A stretch of DNA of 62,189 nucleotides, filler included, from Collodictyon triciliatum (GCA_043381765.1; 6 parts of 6 records of this genome joined end to end with filler, not necessarily neighbours in it), one strand, 5' to 3'; counted from the whole stretch's first letter, positions 1 through 13,382 are shown. The notes: generated by a model from the sequence alone, not told the origin. Numbers and translations: made by a program.

Positions 1-44
1 TTTTTTTAATTTTTTTTTTTTATTTTTTTTTATAGAAGTAAATT

Positions 45-83
<39 letters not shown>

Positions 84-154
84 GAGAGGGATTCGGTCCA
101 CCATGGCGGGGCACATACGTAGCCGAATAAATCTCTTATGCATCCAACTTGCAG

Positions 155-3100
155 GCAATGTCCAACCGCGCGCGATGTATCGCTCCACTAATAAAAGTAT
201 CGACGATTCGTGTCTGGTCTCCGTATGTGACGACCCAAACATCGTAAATGGATATCAAAACTCCCTGCAGCAGAGTCTTATTCCATCTGTGACTGCACGT
301 GAGTGATTGCCTCGCCATAGCTCCTTCTTTATTTTATCACTCTCTGGGCGAATACCCTTAATTGCCACATCGCCTTCTCACTCAAGAAAATGATTTCTCT
401 ACGTGATTCTCCCCATGGTTACACCTACGATTTTCATGCAAAGCTTTTCCTCTCCACTATCACATCGGCCTAAAAGACGCTGGAATAATTCCCTGTGTTT
501 GTTAAGTACTCTTCACAATCCATTTTCTTTTCATACTTTCTTTTTTACCGACCAGACGTCAGGGTTTACTTTATCGCAAGGGCAGACGGGTCAGACGCTT
601 CCTCCAACCGAGAAAAGACAAAGTCTCAGAAGGAAATCATGAACGAAGCTTTTCGCGGCAGCAACATAAACTTTGTTTTTGAGGACTTCATGATTAACTC
701 AGACTATCTCTGGTTTGGAGAGATTACACCCTATGAATGCGACATCAGTCTTGTTGGGAATGGTTTGTAAAGTAGAATTTATCTCTGTGTCAATTATTTT
801 GTTCACCCTGGTGTATTTTCCTCATCCGCAAAACTTTCAATTATTATCTGAACCTAAATTACTTGTGCACATGCATTTTAGATACGTTTATTTATTTATT
901 TATAAATATCATTTCTTTACACAGGAATCATGGATTTTGAATGCCTTCACAAATTCAACGGCTATGATGGTGGTGATTTCCTTTGTGATGACCCGACAAA
1001 CTGTGACCCCATTTGCAACATAAATGACATTACGAACCAAACACCTGGTACCGAATATTGCGATTGTATATGCTTCGATTATGAAGCTTGTAGCGAGGTA
1101 TCTGATGTTTTTTTTTAAAAACATTTCTTTGCATGGACACATTCATTCCATAGAAGTCTCTCATCTGAGTGATTCTACCACCTCAAACGTGTTTATATTT
1201 TTTCGTGATTTCATACAAGACAACCCTACTTAGTATTTTTTATACTGGTGGTATTATTATTGATGTTCAACCCTTTTCTTTATCAAATTAGTCCATGATA
1301 GGCGATGGAGTTTGTCAAGATAATTGCAACGTTAGGCAGAGAGATTACGACGGGGGAGACTGCTGTCAGGACCCATCTCTTGGAAAATGTTTCGACCCGA
1401 CTCGTCCTTTACTAGAGAGAAGTACTCACACTGAGTATATGAAAATAAAATATATTATTACTCGGGACGAGAGTTTTTATTTTTAGTTATTAACTTATTA
1501 TTCGATATTTCCATTTTTCTCAAATAGTTTTTTCTCTGCTCAGGTTTTGCTGATATTTCGGAAATAAGAGAGTATGCGGAATCGGATTTTAATCATTACT
1601 TTTACATGTATATCGGTTCGTTAAAAAGTAAGCGATGTACCATACCTCTTTATCACCGTCATACTTTTTTTTTGAATATTACTGCCGATAATAAGTATCA
1701 TCAAGAAAAGAGGAGCCCATTTATTTTAATAAAAGGTGAACGTTTGGCCGGAATATCTGTTTTTCCTTGGACAGTTACGTTTGGGTCTACAATTTACGGG
1801 GGACTATTGATGGAAAGTTTGTATTGGGGATTTGAACCAGTTTACCGCGGTTCTGTTGCACCCCATGAGGTTATTCATCTATTCTGAAAGAGTTTCATCA
1901 GTCTTTTTCATCTTGGGCTCTCATAATATCATTTCCTCTGGTTTCCATAACACCTGAATGTTTCATCTTTGACAAATATAGTCTGAAAAACAAAACAAAA
2001 AAAAAACTCTGCAAATGTAATAATTTTATTTTTATATCACCCCCAATTCATACCTAGGCTGGTCACTCGCTCGGGTTATGGCATACTTTCCACGGCGTTT
2101 CTGAACTCGACTATGGTAGCATTATGTTGTTTCCAAATAAAAGTTACCAACCCTTTGATCTTCAAGTAGATTCACGCACCAGTGAAAAAAATAATAACAT
2201 TATGCATTCCCTGCATATTATTGAATCCGCTCGCTTTATGTAGATTGTCTGGATGCATGCTACGAGGCGCCATATCCTGCAGGGAGCAAAGGAACCATGC
2301 TCAAGGGGGACTTTTGCTCGGACACAAACCCAACACCGATGAACTACAAATGCTCCGACCCAGCGCCTTGCCCCAAAGGGGTTCGATTTTCGCAAGAACA
2401 AATACCTTTAAACTTTCAGAATTTAAAGACACCTTGTCATTTTTTAATTCTTTTTTTCCATCTTTAGACATGGGATTTATCATGTGCTGATTGCCATAAT
2501 GAGCCTTGGGTCAATACACCGCTGCAGAACTTGATGGGGTATTCATCTCCAGTCGGCGTTTGTAAAAGCCAAACCTTTTCTTCCCAACAGGTGAGTAAAA
2601 GTAACAAATATAAATATAAATATAAATATAAGTATAAATATAAATATAAATATAAATTAGCTGGTCGTATCCTTGCGACGCTAAATATATATGTCTAATT
2701 TGACTATGAATGATTGAATCGACTTTAGTTTGCAAGAATGCGCTGCTATTATGACGCATTCTACACAAATTGGGACACATATGGTAATCGCCTAGCCACT
2801 CCTATATGATTATGAACTCAATTATATCTGGTGTGATGCCTCTCATAAAAAGTTTTCTTCTTCGTCTCAATAATCTTGTCTATTTACTATCACCTATCTT
2901 TATGAACCATTAGACCTCCCTGGTACAATCGTTCTGCCTCCCTCAGTCACAAGAAACAGTAACGTCAATTTTATTCAATGGAATCCACCATTTGATACAG
3001 GTCTGTTGTTTCCATTATTCTTGATAAATAATTTAGTTAATAGCTTTATTTTATGTAAGTAATACTGGGAAGTGAAGTTGAAATATGTCTCTCAATATCA

Positions 3101-3795
3101 TCCGAATAAATACCACCCCTGAAACCTGAAATCAGTGTGCACATGTCAACAAATATAAAAGTGAAGCAGTTTGCGAGGATTATAAAAATCCCTATGACAG
3201 GAAATGCGGGTCCGCTGTATTACCAACTGAGAAGAACACCGGCTTTCAGCGCGGGGGACATTACTGTATACGCCACATCATATCGTGACGAGAACGCCAT
3301 GTTTGTTCCGCATATGTCCTGCATGCTGATTCCAGTCTATTGACAATCAGAGCACCAAGCAAGCCTGCTTCCCTTCTTTTCATTTCTTACTTAGTTCCAA
3401 TTGAAATTATTTTTCTTCGGGAGTTGCATATTGAATATGTAATGCACTGTTACACTAGGAACGCAACAGTGTACACATACCAAGTGAGGGCTGGAAACAA
3501 CGCGGGATTTACACAGAGCTTTAGCCCAATGCAGCATGTGCACAAGACTAGCGCAACAGACTCTGCAAAAAGCGTGCGCGAAATCATCGTCATCACAGGA
3601 AGCATCTTTCTGGTCCTGATAATCATTTCTGCTGTTTGCATTTCGATGTCGAGGAAAAGACAATCTCGCTCCTCGCACATGCATGGGACTTCGTGCGACA
3701 TCTTCTTTTGCTACATTTGCTTTATGCCGGGTGGCGGAAACGGTGGATGTGACTTTGGGGCGTGCGACATAGGCAATGTGTCGTGCTGCGATTGA
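155..3795 (+). CDS. Pappalysin-like M43 metzincin metalloprotease with LNR modules, FN3-like region and C-terminal transmembrane anchor (multi-exon, probably 5'-partial)
   Basis: Spliced translation in order: CLVSVCDDPNIVNGYQ, LNR-type CDISLVGNG..DGGD and IGDGVCQDNCN..YDGGDCC, LAGISVFPW..GG, zinc motif HE|AGHSLGLWHTF (split by intron 1870-2057), GDFCSDTNPTP, Met-turn NLMGYS, FARMRCYYD, IQWNPPFDT, YTYQVRAGNNAG, hydrophobic IIVITGSIFLVLIIISAVCISM then SRKR, TGA at 3793-3795. Motif order follows PAPP-A. An acceptor ttgcag at 154 and no signal peptide suggest upstream exons lie outside the window. Confidence 0.88.
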
Positions 3796-4083
3796 GGCTG
3801 TCAAACCTGAACTCAAGGGCTTTCTATCTACTTTTCCATTCTGCGAACTCTTTTCCTTTGTATGAGGCAAGTCTGCTCTTAGTGTTATAAACAACCGCTT
3901 AATTTTGTCTTTGAGTTGCGAAAAAAAGAATGAAAGAAAAAGAAAGAAATAGAAAGAAGAAAGAGAAAGAGAAACATGTTGATTTGGGATGATTTACTGT
4001 TTGGCTACATAAGCAAATCATGTTGTGAAAATAAACCTGGACTTGAAGAATACCTGAGGATGCTACCGTGTGAGAATTACCGC

Positions 4084-4170
<87 letters not shown>
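4084..4170 (+). repeat. (TTA)n microsatellite
   Basis: Perfect trinucleotide run. A poly-A tract follows at about 4343-4421. Confidence 0.95.
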
Positions 4171-4172
<2 letters not shown>

Positions 4173-4340
4173 TTATTGGGTTTAGCAGAGGAAAATAAGA
4201 GCCTTTTCTCCTATTTATTCTTACATGGAATTTTGATGGAGGAAACACGGAAAACAATGACGAGGCGATCAGATAGAAAAATGGGTGCGAATCCTTTGGA
4301 GAAAGATAGTCAACTTCAGTCTCTCCTGTGATGATAGCTT

Positions 4341-4425
<85 letters not shown>

Positions 4426-4866
4426 TGTTCAAAAGAAGGAAAGAAGGAAAGAGAGGGATGGTTAACAAGATTATCCAAAGCCATCATCCATCATTCAGCA
4501 ATAAGCCATAAACAACAAGCGCACACTGAATTGAGTCACACAAGCAATAGACGGGTTTCGTGCAAGATTTAAGATTTGGAAGCACAAATCACTGCATTCT
4601 GATGGGTGTATGTTAAGCCAAGCTTACCGGTGTTGCGTTCATCGCTTCAATAATCGAGTTACAAAAGTCGATGGCCTTTTCAGCATTTCCAGACTCATGG
4701 AGACTAATCGAAGAAATAGGAAAAATTTTACATCAGACATCCTCTTTTTATGCCTATACATCCGATCTCAAAAAAAAAAATTCATAGAGGGATAAAATCT
4801 TGAAAGAATAGGGAAAAACATATTATATGATAAAAATGTCATTTTTGTCTTTTTTTTTTTTTTAAT

Positions 4867-7800
4867 TCAATCCAACCGGGAAATATAGTCGTCGCCATCA
4901 GCAATAATAGAGAGCAGAGCTTCTTTTCGAATCTAATAGCATGGATGAGACGCTAATATATATTTCTGAGAGGCGAGGAAATATGTCCTGCGCTGATGAT
5001 TTTGTTGGTTCATCTTTTTAATAGCATAAGAGAGCCTCTTACACGTTCAGATTCTTCCGCCAGGCTTTCCATCGTATCAAACGTTGGAGAATGAGGTCCC
5101 ACAAACAGAGTTTCAGTACCTAATAGTCAGGTTAGAACAAAAAAAATACGAGAAAAAAAAAAGACATAAAAGAAAATCATACACAGGACCATATAAAGGT
5201 GCACAATTAAAGAACGAGAATTTTTAGATTGGGTTGATGGAATGGTTTGGATGCATGTCTGTCACTGAATATTTTTGCATTTGTTCGGTTTCGATACCTG
5301 ATGCTCTAGTCTCAAAATCCACGCCTGTGTAAAGGATGTCGTTTTTTTGCTGCTGGTCTGACGAGGTAGTGTTTCGGTCATTTTGAAACAATTCCAGCAT
5401 TTCGCAAGCAGGGGTTCTGATGGTCATGTTTGGGTCTCTCGCCAATACACCTGAGATTATTATGCGTGTGTATTGGCGTCAATTACTTTAATGTATAGAA
5501 ATAAGTAGCCAAAATAAATGCAGGCATTATTTATTCTACTTCTTTTGCGACATAAATCCGGGGAAAGTTGAGGTAGAGTTTTGAATATTCGATTATTAAC
5601 ACAGAAAACCCCCGAAGAGTTCAAATGTATATATAATCAACGAAGAGATATTCACGTAGAATTTTGATGCATGACTCGCGGGTATGGTGAGCGCAAGAAT
5701 CCTCCTCTAAGCGGCGCAGAATCACATTGAGGGATGATGTGATTGCTAAGCGGACAGGTGTGGAAGGGTCTTTCACAAACTTTGCAAGAAGTGATACCAT
5801 CTCGGGAAAATGCGGTGATTGAAACTATAAAAAAAACAACCAAAAACGACATTAAAATCACGTCCATTATATCTAGACGTGGGTGGTAACCATAGCGGTA
5901 TTTTTTTGCTATAAAGATATATAAATATCCTGAAAACCCCCAAGTAAAGCCATCTGTTAACAACCACAAACGTTCATAAATGATATGGCTTGGATGGATG
6001 CTGTTTTTTCCTGGAGGAAAGAAAAATTGATGACTTAAAAAATGCGACATGTTTCAGATTGAAGCCAGTAAATTACTCTTGGTAATAAACATAATTAAAA
6101 AAAAGTGGAATACTGGAGGCTGCGAACGTTTCATCAGATCAACATGTAATTGAGGTATGTAATATTTGAAGATTACTTCGTTTGTGGGATTCCCTTCCCC
6201 TTGAAGAAGTCTGTGTAGGGAGGCTTCTCCTTTGCTCCCAAGTTTAATTAGCGTTTTCGTCACAGTCAATCGATTGAGCGTCCCATCACGAAGCATCTAA
6301 TGCCGGAGTGTTTTTAAGTATTAAGTATATGTTTTTCGAAGGTTGAAAACACTTAAATAGAAACAGATTGTTCTTTAAGCCTTTGTGTAAAATAATTTTT
6401 TTTTGATTTTTCTTGCTTACACTACCCTCATCAGCTGAGGAAGACAGGCGGATGCACGTTCGCCAATCTCTCCGAGACCATGGCATGCGGCATGTCTCAC
6501 TTGGTAGTGATTGTCCTTATCATTTATTTATTTAAAAATATAATTCACGGACAGGCGAGCGAAACAGAAACCCATTTTTAGAGGTCAAAGTGTCTGTATT
6601 CATTTATATATGGAAATGAATTCAAAAGAAATCATCCACAAATGTGTGTCCTTTTACACATATAAAAATACTTTGAGCGAATTCATCATCAGAGGTATGA
6701 TTTTGGGATAATAGTGCTGGACTGTCGTTGCAATTCTCGACAATGACTCGAGCGATTTCTCGCGAACCTAGATGAGTAAATTAGAATTTCGATGGATTAG
6801 CCCCAACAGCAGAGTGAAATAAATTCGATTAGCGCAGTTTAAGGCGAATAGTAAGGAGAGAAGGAAAAGGAAAAGGAAAAGGATAAGGAAAGGGAAAAAA
6901 AGAAAAAGAAAAGAAAAAGAAAAGAAAAAGAAAAGAAAAAGAAAAGAAAAAGAAAAGAAAAAGAAAAGAAAAAGAAAAGAAAAAGAAAAGAAAAAGAAAA
7001 GAAAAAGAAAAGAGTGTGCATTACTTTATAATCGACATCCTGACACCCTTTGATGAGACCATCGACCAGTCCAGCAACAATCGGAAATGACCCACAAACT
7101 ATGATAATAGCGAGATAATGAAGGAAAAGATAGCGTGGATTGCACATGAGTTTGAAATGGTTTACAGGAAGGAGAAACGAAAATAATTAAATATCAGCCC
7201 AAGTAGTTTATACTGAAATACTAAACAATTACTGGAGAACGCAAAGGCCGCGGCAGCTCGGACAGAGGCCTTAGAATCACAAAATGCATGGAGAAGAGCG
7301 GAGACTGCTTGTTGGGACAAATCTTGTTTATCCTGGGTATCTTCGCCATTCTCAGTGCCTCGTGGGAAGTCCCTTAACGTGGTTTGTACATCATTAATTA
7401 ATCAAATTGACAGAATATGACAAAGTTTATGCTATATATTTTTGGAAGTTAATCGTTTGTATATACCAATGAAATAGGATTTTATATGGTTTAAAAAGTT
7501 AAGAGAAGCACAATATCGATGCAAATGAAATCAATAAGATCTGTGCTGTTTTTTTTTTCTTCTTCATACAGCGCATTCCAATGGATTGGTGATATTCCCG
7601 TCTCAACTGCGAATGACCGAAGCTGGATAATGAATTTATCAACACATAAATAGGCTGTGTCAAAACCTACATAATAAAAAAGGAAGAAAAAAGAGCAAAA
7701 CAATGAGAATAAAAATATACTGTGTTGAGAGAAAATCCTTAACTACATAGTGATTAAAAGATGCTTATGGATGCAATCTTTCATCTACAAAGACCATGAT

Positions 7801-10800
7801 TTGAAAATAGCAAACAAAGATGGATTTATTTGTCATCATTTCATAACAATAAATATACCACTACATATACCTTTCCAATCAACATCTTCTTCGCTTGGGC
7901 TATCTGCTTGGGGTTTCTTTGCTAAAGGCAGTTCAAGAATAATTGATGGCTTCTGTCTCCCACTCGCTTCGAACTGGCATACTTCAAACTATTGAATGAG
8001 GATTGAGTAGTAGAACTTAGTAGCATCGATAATACACCAATCATCTACTCCCTTAGTTGGTCGTCTGGTAAAAAGAAAAAAACGCCGATGAAATCAATTC
8101 TTTATTTTATGAATTATCTCGTGTGTAAATCATTTGACAATCATATGTTCCAGGTACCTTAATGTACGGTGGAGACAGGAATGTTCCTATGCCAAGACCA
8201 ATGGCAGCACTTTCTCTGGCCTGGATTTTTTCCCAAACATTTTTGTGTAATTCAAGTGTTTTAATCTTCTTTAGAAATACAAGGAGAACGGCTGACTTTG
8301 CTGCAACGATAGAATGCGTACCATCTCGTGTGGGTTGCATCGTAATACATCTATTAGCAGACACTCGCCTATTTCACATGAACAGCTCCGTTTGAATAAG
8401 AGGAAAAATTACTGTTGCAAATGGTTCATGTAAATATATGAATAAGTACCATCGGAGCCCATGTGACGGATAGCCCAAGCAACGAGTTTGCGCTCAATAG
8501 CACCATTAGCGAGAAAAGAAGCCAAATCTGAAATCTTTGAGGGAAGCGAAAGAGAAAAGAGAAAAAAATGGAAAAGAGAAAATTTAGTGGAAAAAGAAAG
8601 AGAGAAAAGAGAGAAAAGAGAGAAAAGAGAGAGAAAAGAGAGAAAAGAGAGAAAAGAGAGAAAAGAGAGAAAAGAGAGAAAAGAGAGAAAAGAGAGAAAA
8701 GAGAGAAAAGAGAGAAAAGAGAGACTAGTTTCAGAACTTATATTTTTCCCGATATATACAACATATTTCTTTTTTAAAAATTACTGCTGGTGATGCCCTT
8801 TCGAATAACTTTCCAAGCACGATTACAGCAGATGTCTTGCGCTTTAGCTCAGTATGCGAGCTGAGCTCTTTCCGTATGATCGGAATTATGACCATTTTCT
8901 GAATGTAGGCGTCATTAGCCAGGAGATTTCTGAGTGTGTCAGAGGTCAGTTAAAAAATAATCATGATTAGAATGAAGATGATGTACACTGCAAAGAGATG
9001 AAACTTGGAATTCATGAAGACGTAACTGGAGAAAATAAAGATGAGAATATGAGAAACACAAAGTCTTACAAAATTATCCTGTTCTTCACAGATACTTGCT
9101 TATTACTAAATCAGCCGCAGAATATAATAACAATAATAATAATTTTTAGTAAAACAGTCTGCAAATTACACCACATAGCAAAAATGATTCTTTCCTTCGA
9201 GATAGAACCATTTAAAATTATCTAATTACTCTAATTCTATTTCCTCGAAGAGTGAATTTAGGGTGAAGTGAGTATTGATGACCAGCAAGGTGTGCACGAG
9301 TTGGCTACATGAATTGTTGTTGGTTTCACGAATGAACTTTTGCACAATAAAAAAAAAAAAGAGTGACTTACGTTTGATCGAGGAGGGTATAGAAGTCAAT
9401 CAAATGATATGAAAGTGACAAAAAAATTTACAATAATCTACCAAGGTAAAATAGGAGTTAGAAATAAAGGTGAAGCTTTAGGTAACATCAAAACATCAGA
9501 CCTTGCTGTCAACTCAATCGTTAATGATTTGTCATTGAACGAGGGAACCAGGAAGTCGTTCAGCAAGAATACGAATAATTCAAAAAGTTTGTCGATAGCA
9601 CACTCAAATTCAGCCCTCAGATATATGGCACATTCAAGTACAAGACTCGATATATCCCCTAAAGTCAACATAGGAAAATATGCGAAGAAAAGGATAGTTA
9701 AAATGCTTTTGACCCCTTGGGGTAGAGGGTGACTTACGGTATTATGCTTTAGATTTAGATGCAGCAAAGAGTTGATAACATGAAGAAGGAAAGGGAGGAA
9801 TGAAAAATGACCAGCTAATGGGAAATGCCTCTCAAGGGCGGTGAAAAGGGCAGGAATGAGCCTTGATGTGATTGTAACAGACTCTGATCGGCTCTGCAAC
9901 ACACCAAGAAGTCCGACCAAAGCCTTCCAACAAACCTTTTTTTTTTTAATCCATAAAATTATTAAATTTTAAATCTGGTTCATGAAAAGATGAAGCACGA
10001 TTATTTTTCAATCGGATAAAGGAAAGGAGGAAAAAAAAGCTTCAACAATTAACTGAATAAAGAACATAATCCACTATTATTTCCATCCACCTCATGCTCA
10101 GAACTCTCAAGCATCGCATAAAATTCCATCGCATTTGAATTTTTCTGCAAAAATTGTATTACATGCAACCATATTAAAGGAAAATTTGCTTCGATGATTT
10201 ACTACAAAGGATATATTCTCTGGAAAAAGAGAAGGAACAAATCATTCAGATGAACTTGAGACAAAAAAAAAACGAGAGAATAGTATAGTATGTTAAAAAG
10301 AACGAACAAAGAAATACAAAGAGAATAAAATGATGAAGAGAAGAGACGATGAAAATGAAGATGTTAAATATGATGAAGATAAGGAATAAGATAAAGATGG
10401 CTGAGAAGAAAAGTGGGAGTTGATGTCGAATATATATTAATATTGATATATATATTCGACATCAGGAGTAAGGAAGAGAAAAAAATATCTACCTCTTCAT
10501 CAGCCGACGTCCCTGCCGGAGACAGTCCCCGCATATGCAGCGCGGACGGCTGCACTGCAAACAACTCATCACTGATGGAACCGGCGCTCAGAGGTGCGGC
10601 ATGTTTCTGTTTCGCGCGACCCTCAAAACCCGGAGCCCGCGGTGGACGACCGAATCTCCCGCGCGGTTGCGTGTGAGGCGCTTCGAATCCGCCGTGGTCG
10701 GTGTCGTCTGCTGCAGAGAACGGCGCAGACACGTTTCTGTTGTTGGCCGGATTCTCCTGGTCGTCGGAGTGCGGGTTTGGTTTGAGACCCGCGTCGGTTG

Positions 10801-10939
10801 CTTTGTGGAAGTGGACGCCCGCAGTGCGTTTCGAAGGCGTCGCCCACAGAGAAGAAGCGGACGCGTCGTTTGCCGCGGCAGCGTCGAGCGAAGTGAAAGA
10901 GGCGCGGCTGAAACTGTGTCGTGGCGGGAGGCCGGTCAT
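4867..10939 (-). CDS. HEAT/ARM-repeat protein with disordered N-terminus (multi-exon, family unassigned)
   Basis: GC-rich first exon from ATG 10939. Later exons give HEAT-like units: ARESAAIGLG, DSKASVRAAAAFAFS, DNHYQVRHAACHGLGEIG, KDPSTPVRLAITSSL, RDPNMTIRTPACEML. Last exon IRKEALLSIIADGDDYISRLD*. Several internal junctions are uncertain. Confidence 0.7.
8598..8723 (+). repeat. Intronic (AAAAGAGAG)n tandem repeat
   Basis: 9-mer array next to a HEAT-gene splice donor. Confidence 0.93.
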
Positions 10940-11049
10940 TGCGTATCGCGGACTGGCGGAGTTTCGCGCTCTGTGTTGTCCACGGGGTTGGTTTCGCTAT
11001 TGCTGTCGTTGGGATGGGGCTTTTTTTTTTTGTTTTTTTTTTTTTTTTT

Positions 11050-11117
<68 letters not shown>

Positions 11118-11217
11118 NNNNNNNNNNNNNNNNNNNNNNNNNNNNNNNNNNNNNNNNNNNNNNNNNNNNNNNNNNNNNNNNNNNNNNNNNNNNNNNNNNN
11201 NNNNNNNNNNNNNNNNN

Positions 11218-11330
11218 GAAAAGAAAAATGAAAAGAAAAATGAAAAGAAAAATGAAAAGAAAAATGAAAAGAAAAATGAAAAGAAAAATGAAAAGAAAAA
11301 TGAAAAGAAAAATGAAAAGAAAAATGAAAA
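11218..11330 (+). repeat. (GAAAAGAAAAAT)n tandem repeat
   Basis: 12-mer array abutting an N gap. Confidence 0.93.
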
Positions 11331-11895
11331 CAAAAAGAGTTAATACAAAAGGATCGAACCACACAGGCGCTTCGTAGTGGCCTTCTTCCTTTGATCATAG
11401 CCGCATCTCTCACTTGATTGAGACGGCGAACTTGGTTTCCATGGGATTTTCTATATGCGGAAGCAGTGGCCATCGCATGTTCGTGAAAAGAACCACTCAC
11501 CACAAAAAGCTTTGCAACTGCAAGCCGCAATATATATCTATATATTCTAAATTATTCTATATATGCAAGACAATTTATGGACATTCGAATATATTATAAT
11601 CAGTAATTATCATATATTCCAGAATTACACTTCAACGGCATTGCATCCGATCCTTGGATCACGCTCCAATCACCTTTCTCAGCACAGGAAGGAAAGTTTT
11701 TTTTTTTTTATTCTAAAAGTCTTAGCTGTTGAGCCCGTCTCAACAATCTTTCATTCAACCATCAGGCAAGTAGTTCCAAAGTAGTACAGGAAGGAAAGAT
11801 TGCATCAAAAACCAATAAACCGAACGGCAGCACAGCAGCAATACACCCAGACGAAGAAAGAAAAAGATCCCAGGCAGACAGTGCGAAGCTCAAGT

Positions 11896-12884
11896 ATGGC
11901 TCAAGCGCGATGCAATCGAAGCAACCAGTCAACAATCCAGCTCGGATCCGATCCCGCGTCCTTCGTCTCCGAAAATCGAGGACTTTTCACGCCCCACGTC
12001 GATCGAGAGCGCGTTGTTCGTGCCAAGCGCCCTGTCACAGATACCGGCTCCAATCTGGGCTTTCGAGCAGCTGAGGGCTCCTCGCCTCAAGTCCCAAAGC
12101 CCCGCTCGGAATCAACAGGACCGCACCGGGCACAAACGCAGTCCGTCTACATCGGAGGCGAGCATACCGGAAAGGTGAGAGCGTTTTATGGGCTTCATAG
12201 GCCCGAGCCTGCCCGCTCAGATGTGGTTACAAGTTGCAAATAACAGTTAATTTATAAAAGCTGTGCAAGCAATTATTTTTTTTTAGATTTGCTTATGTAA
12301 AAAAGAAAGAAAAAAAAAAGAAATGATATTTTGTGAAATTTCGGAGTTTTGGCGTTTATGTATTCTTCCTTTATATGACATCGCGCTTGACGCAAAATGG
12401 CAGCAACATTGGGTGACCCTCGCAAGCCAAGACTTCAATCAGAAGGAGGCTGAGTGCATCCTCCCTGTCATTCGAGTGAACCACTTTGGAGGCTGTGGCA
12501 TGAAACTTGGGACGGACCCTTTGACAAAAACGTCAGAGTACCGCCAGGAAATCAGTACTCGGGCAAGTACAATGCCAATTAGCGGCCCTGTGCCACGGGC
12601 CAAACACAATCCGCGTGCGTTTAATATACTGAATGGTAGATTATATTTTTCCTGTTTGTGCATTCCCTTAAAATTCACGATTGTATTTTGGTTCTTAAAT
12701 ATATATGTTCATACATCAAAATTTAGCCTGTGAAACAAAAAAAAATAATTTATGCAATGTGTTTTCAATATCAGGAAGCGATGGAAACAGAGATTTGGGC
12801 CTGAGCAAGTCCAGATATCAAATCGCACGCGAGTCTATCAAAGTCAGGGCAGATATACTTACCGGGGCGCCCCTTAACAAGTGA
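11896..12884 (+). CDS. Small 3-exon basic protein, putative ciliary microtubule inner protein
   Basis: Three phase-compatible exons with donors AAG|gtgaga and ATG|gtagat and acceptors aatcag and tatcag. Repeats LGSDPASFVSENRGLF / LGTDPLTKTSEYRQEI and FNILNG / DILTG. Gene structure is solid; the functional call is inference. Confidence 0.6.
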
Positions 12885-13310
12885 GAAGGCTAGGCCAGGC
12901 CTCAAGGAACATCAAACTATATTATGAGTGCTTCAGCTTGGTACTGCCCTCTGTCAAGTTTATAATCCGATCCGCACATTTACTTCTGAATATTGCATTT
13001 TGGAAATAAAGTAATCATTGTCCATGGTCAAATGCAAACGGATATTTGTAATAATAACAAACCAACTAGGTGCATATGGTGAATAGAGGAAATATTATTT
13101 GATTTATAAAAAAAATAAATTAATTGATTCAAATTAAAAATTATTCCCTTGAGTAACATCAATCGAATAAAAAAAAATGACATGCGATGAGCAAAGTATC
13201 TAATCAAGTCCCGAAAATCACTACAGAAGCGAAAGAAAATGTACCGAACAGACGCAGGTCTAATGATAATTGATATCAAATTGACTATTATTCCTTCCTC
13301 GCCGGCAGCA

Positions 13311-13382
13311 GGGGATATGGTGTAGTGGTATCACGTTCGCTTTGCATGCGAAAGGCCATGGGTTCGATCCCCGTTATCTCCA
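13311..13382 (+). tRNA. tRNA-Ala(TGC)
   Basis: 72-nt cloverleaf. Acceptor stem GGGGATA/TATCTCC with G3:U70 Ala determinant, anticodon arm TTCGC-TT-TGC-AT-GCGAA, T-arm GGTTCGATCC, discriminator A, T-rich Pol III terminator just downstream. Confidence 0.97.

Noticed and set aside
10535-11377. Plus-strand ORFs over the GC-rich island
   Set aside because: Antisense to the HEAT gene's first exon and running into poly-T and Ns.
11435-11448. GTTTCCATGGGATT as an RFX X-box upstream of the MIP-like gene
   Set aside because: The second half-site lacks AAC, and no full X-box is visible upstream of IFT88. Likely chance.
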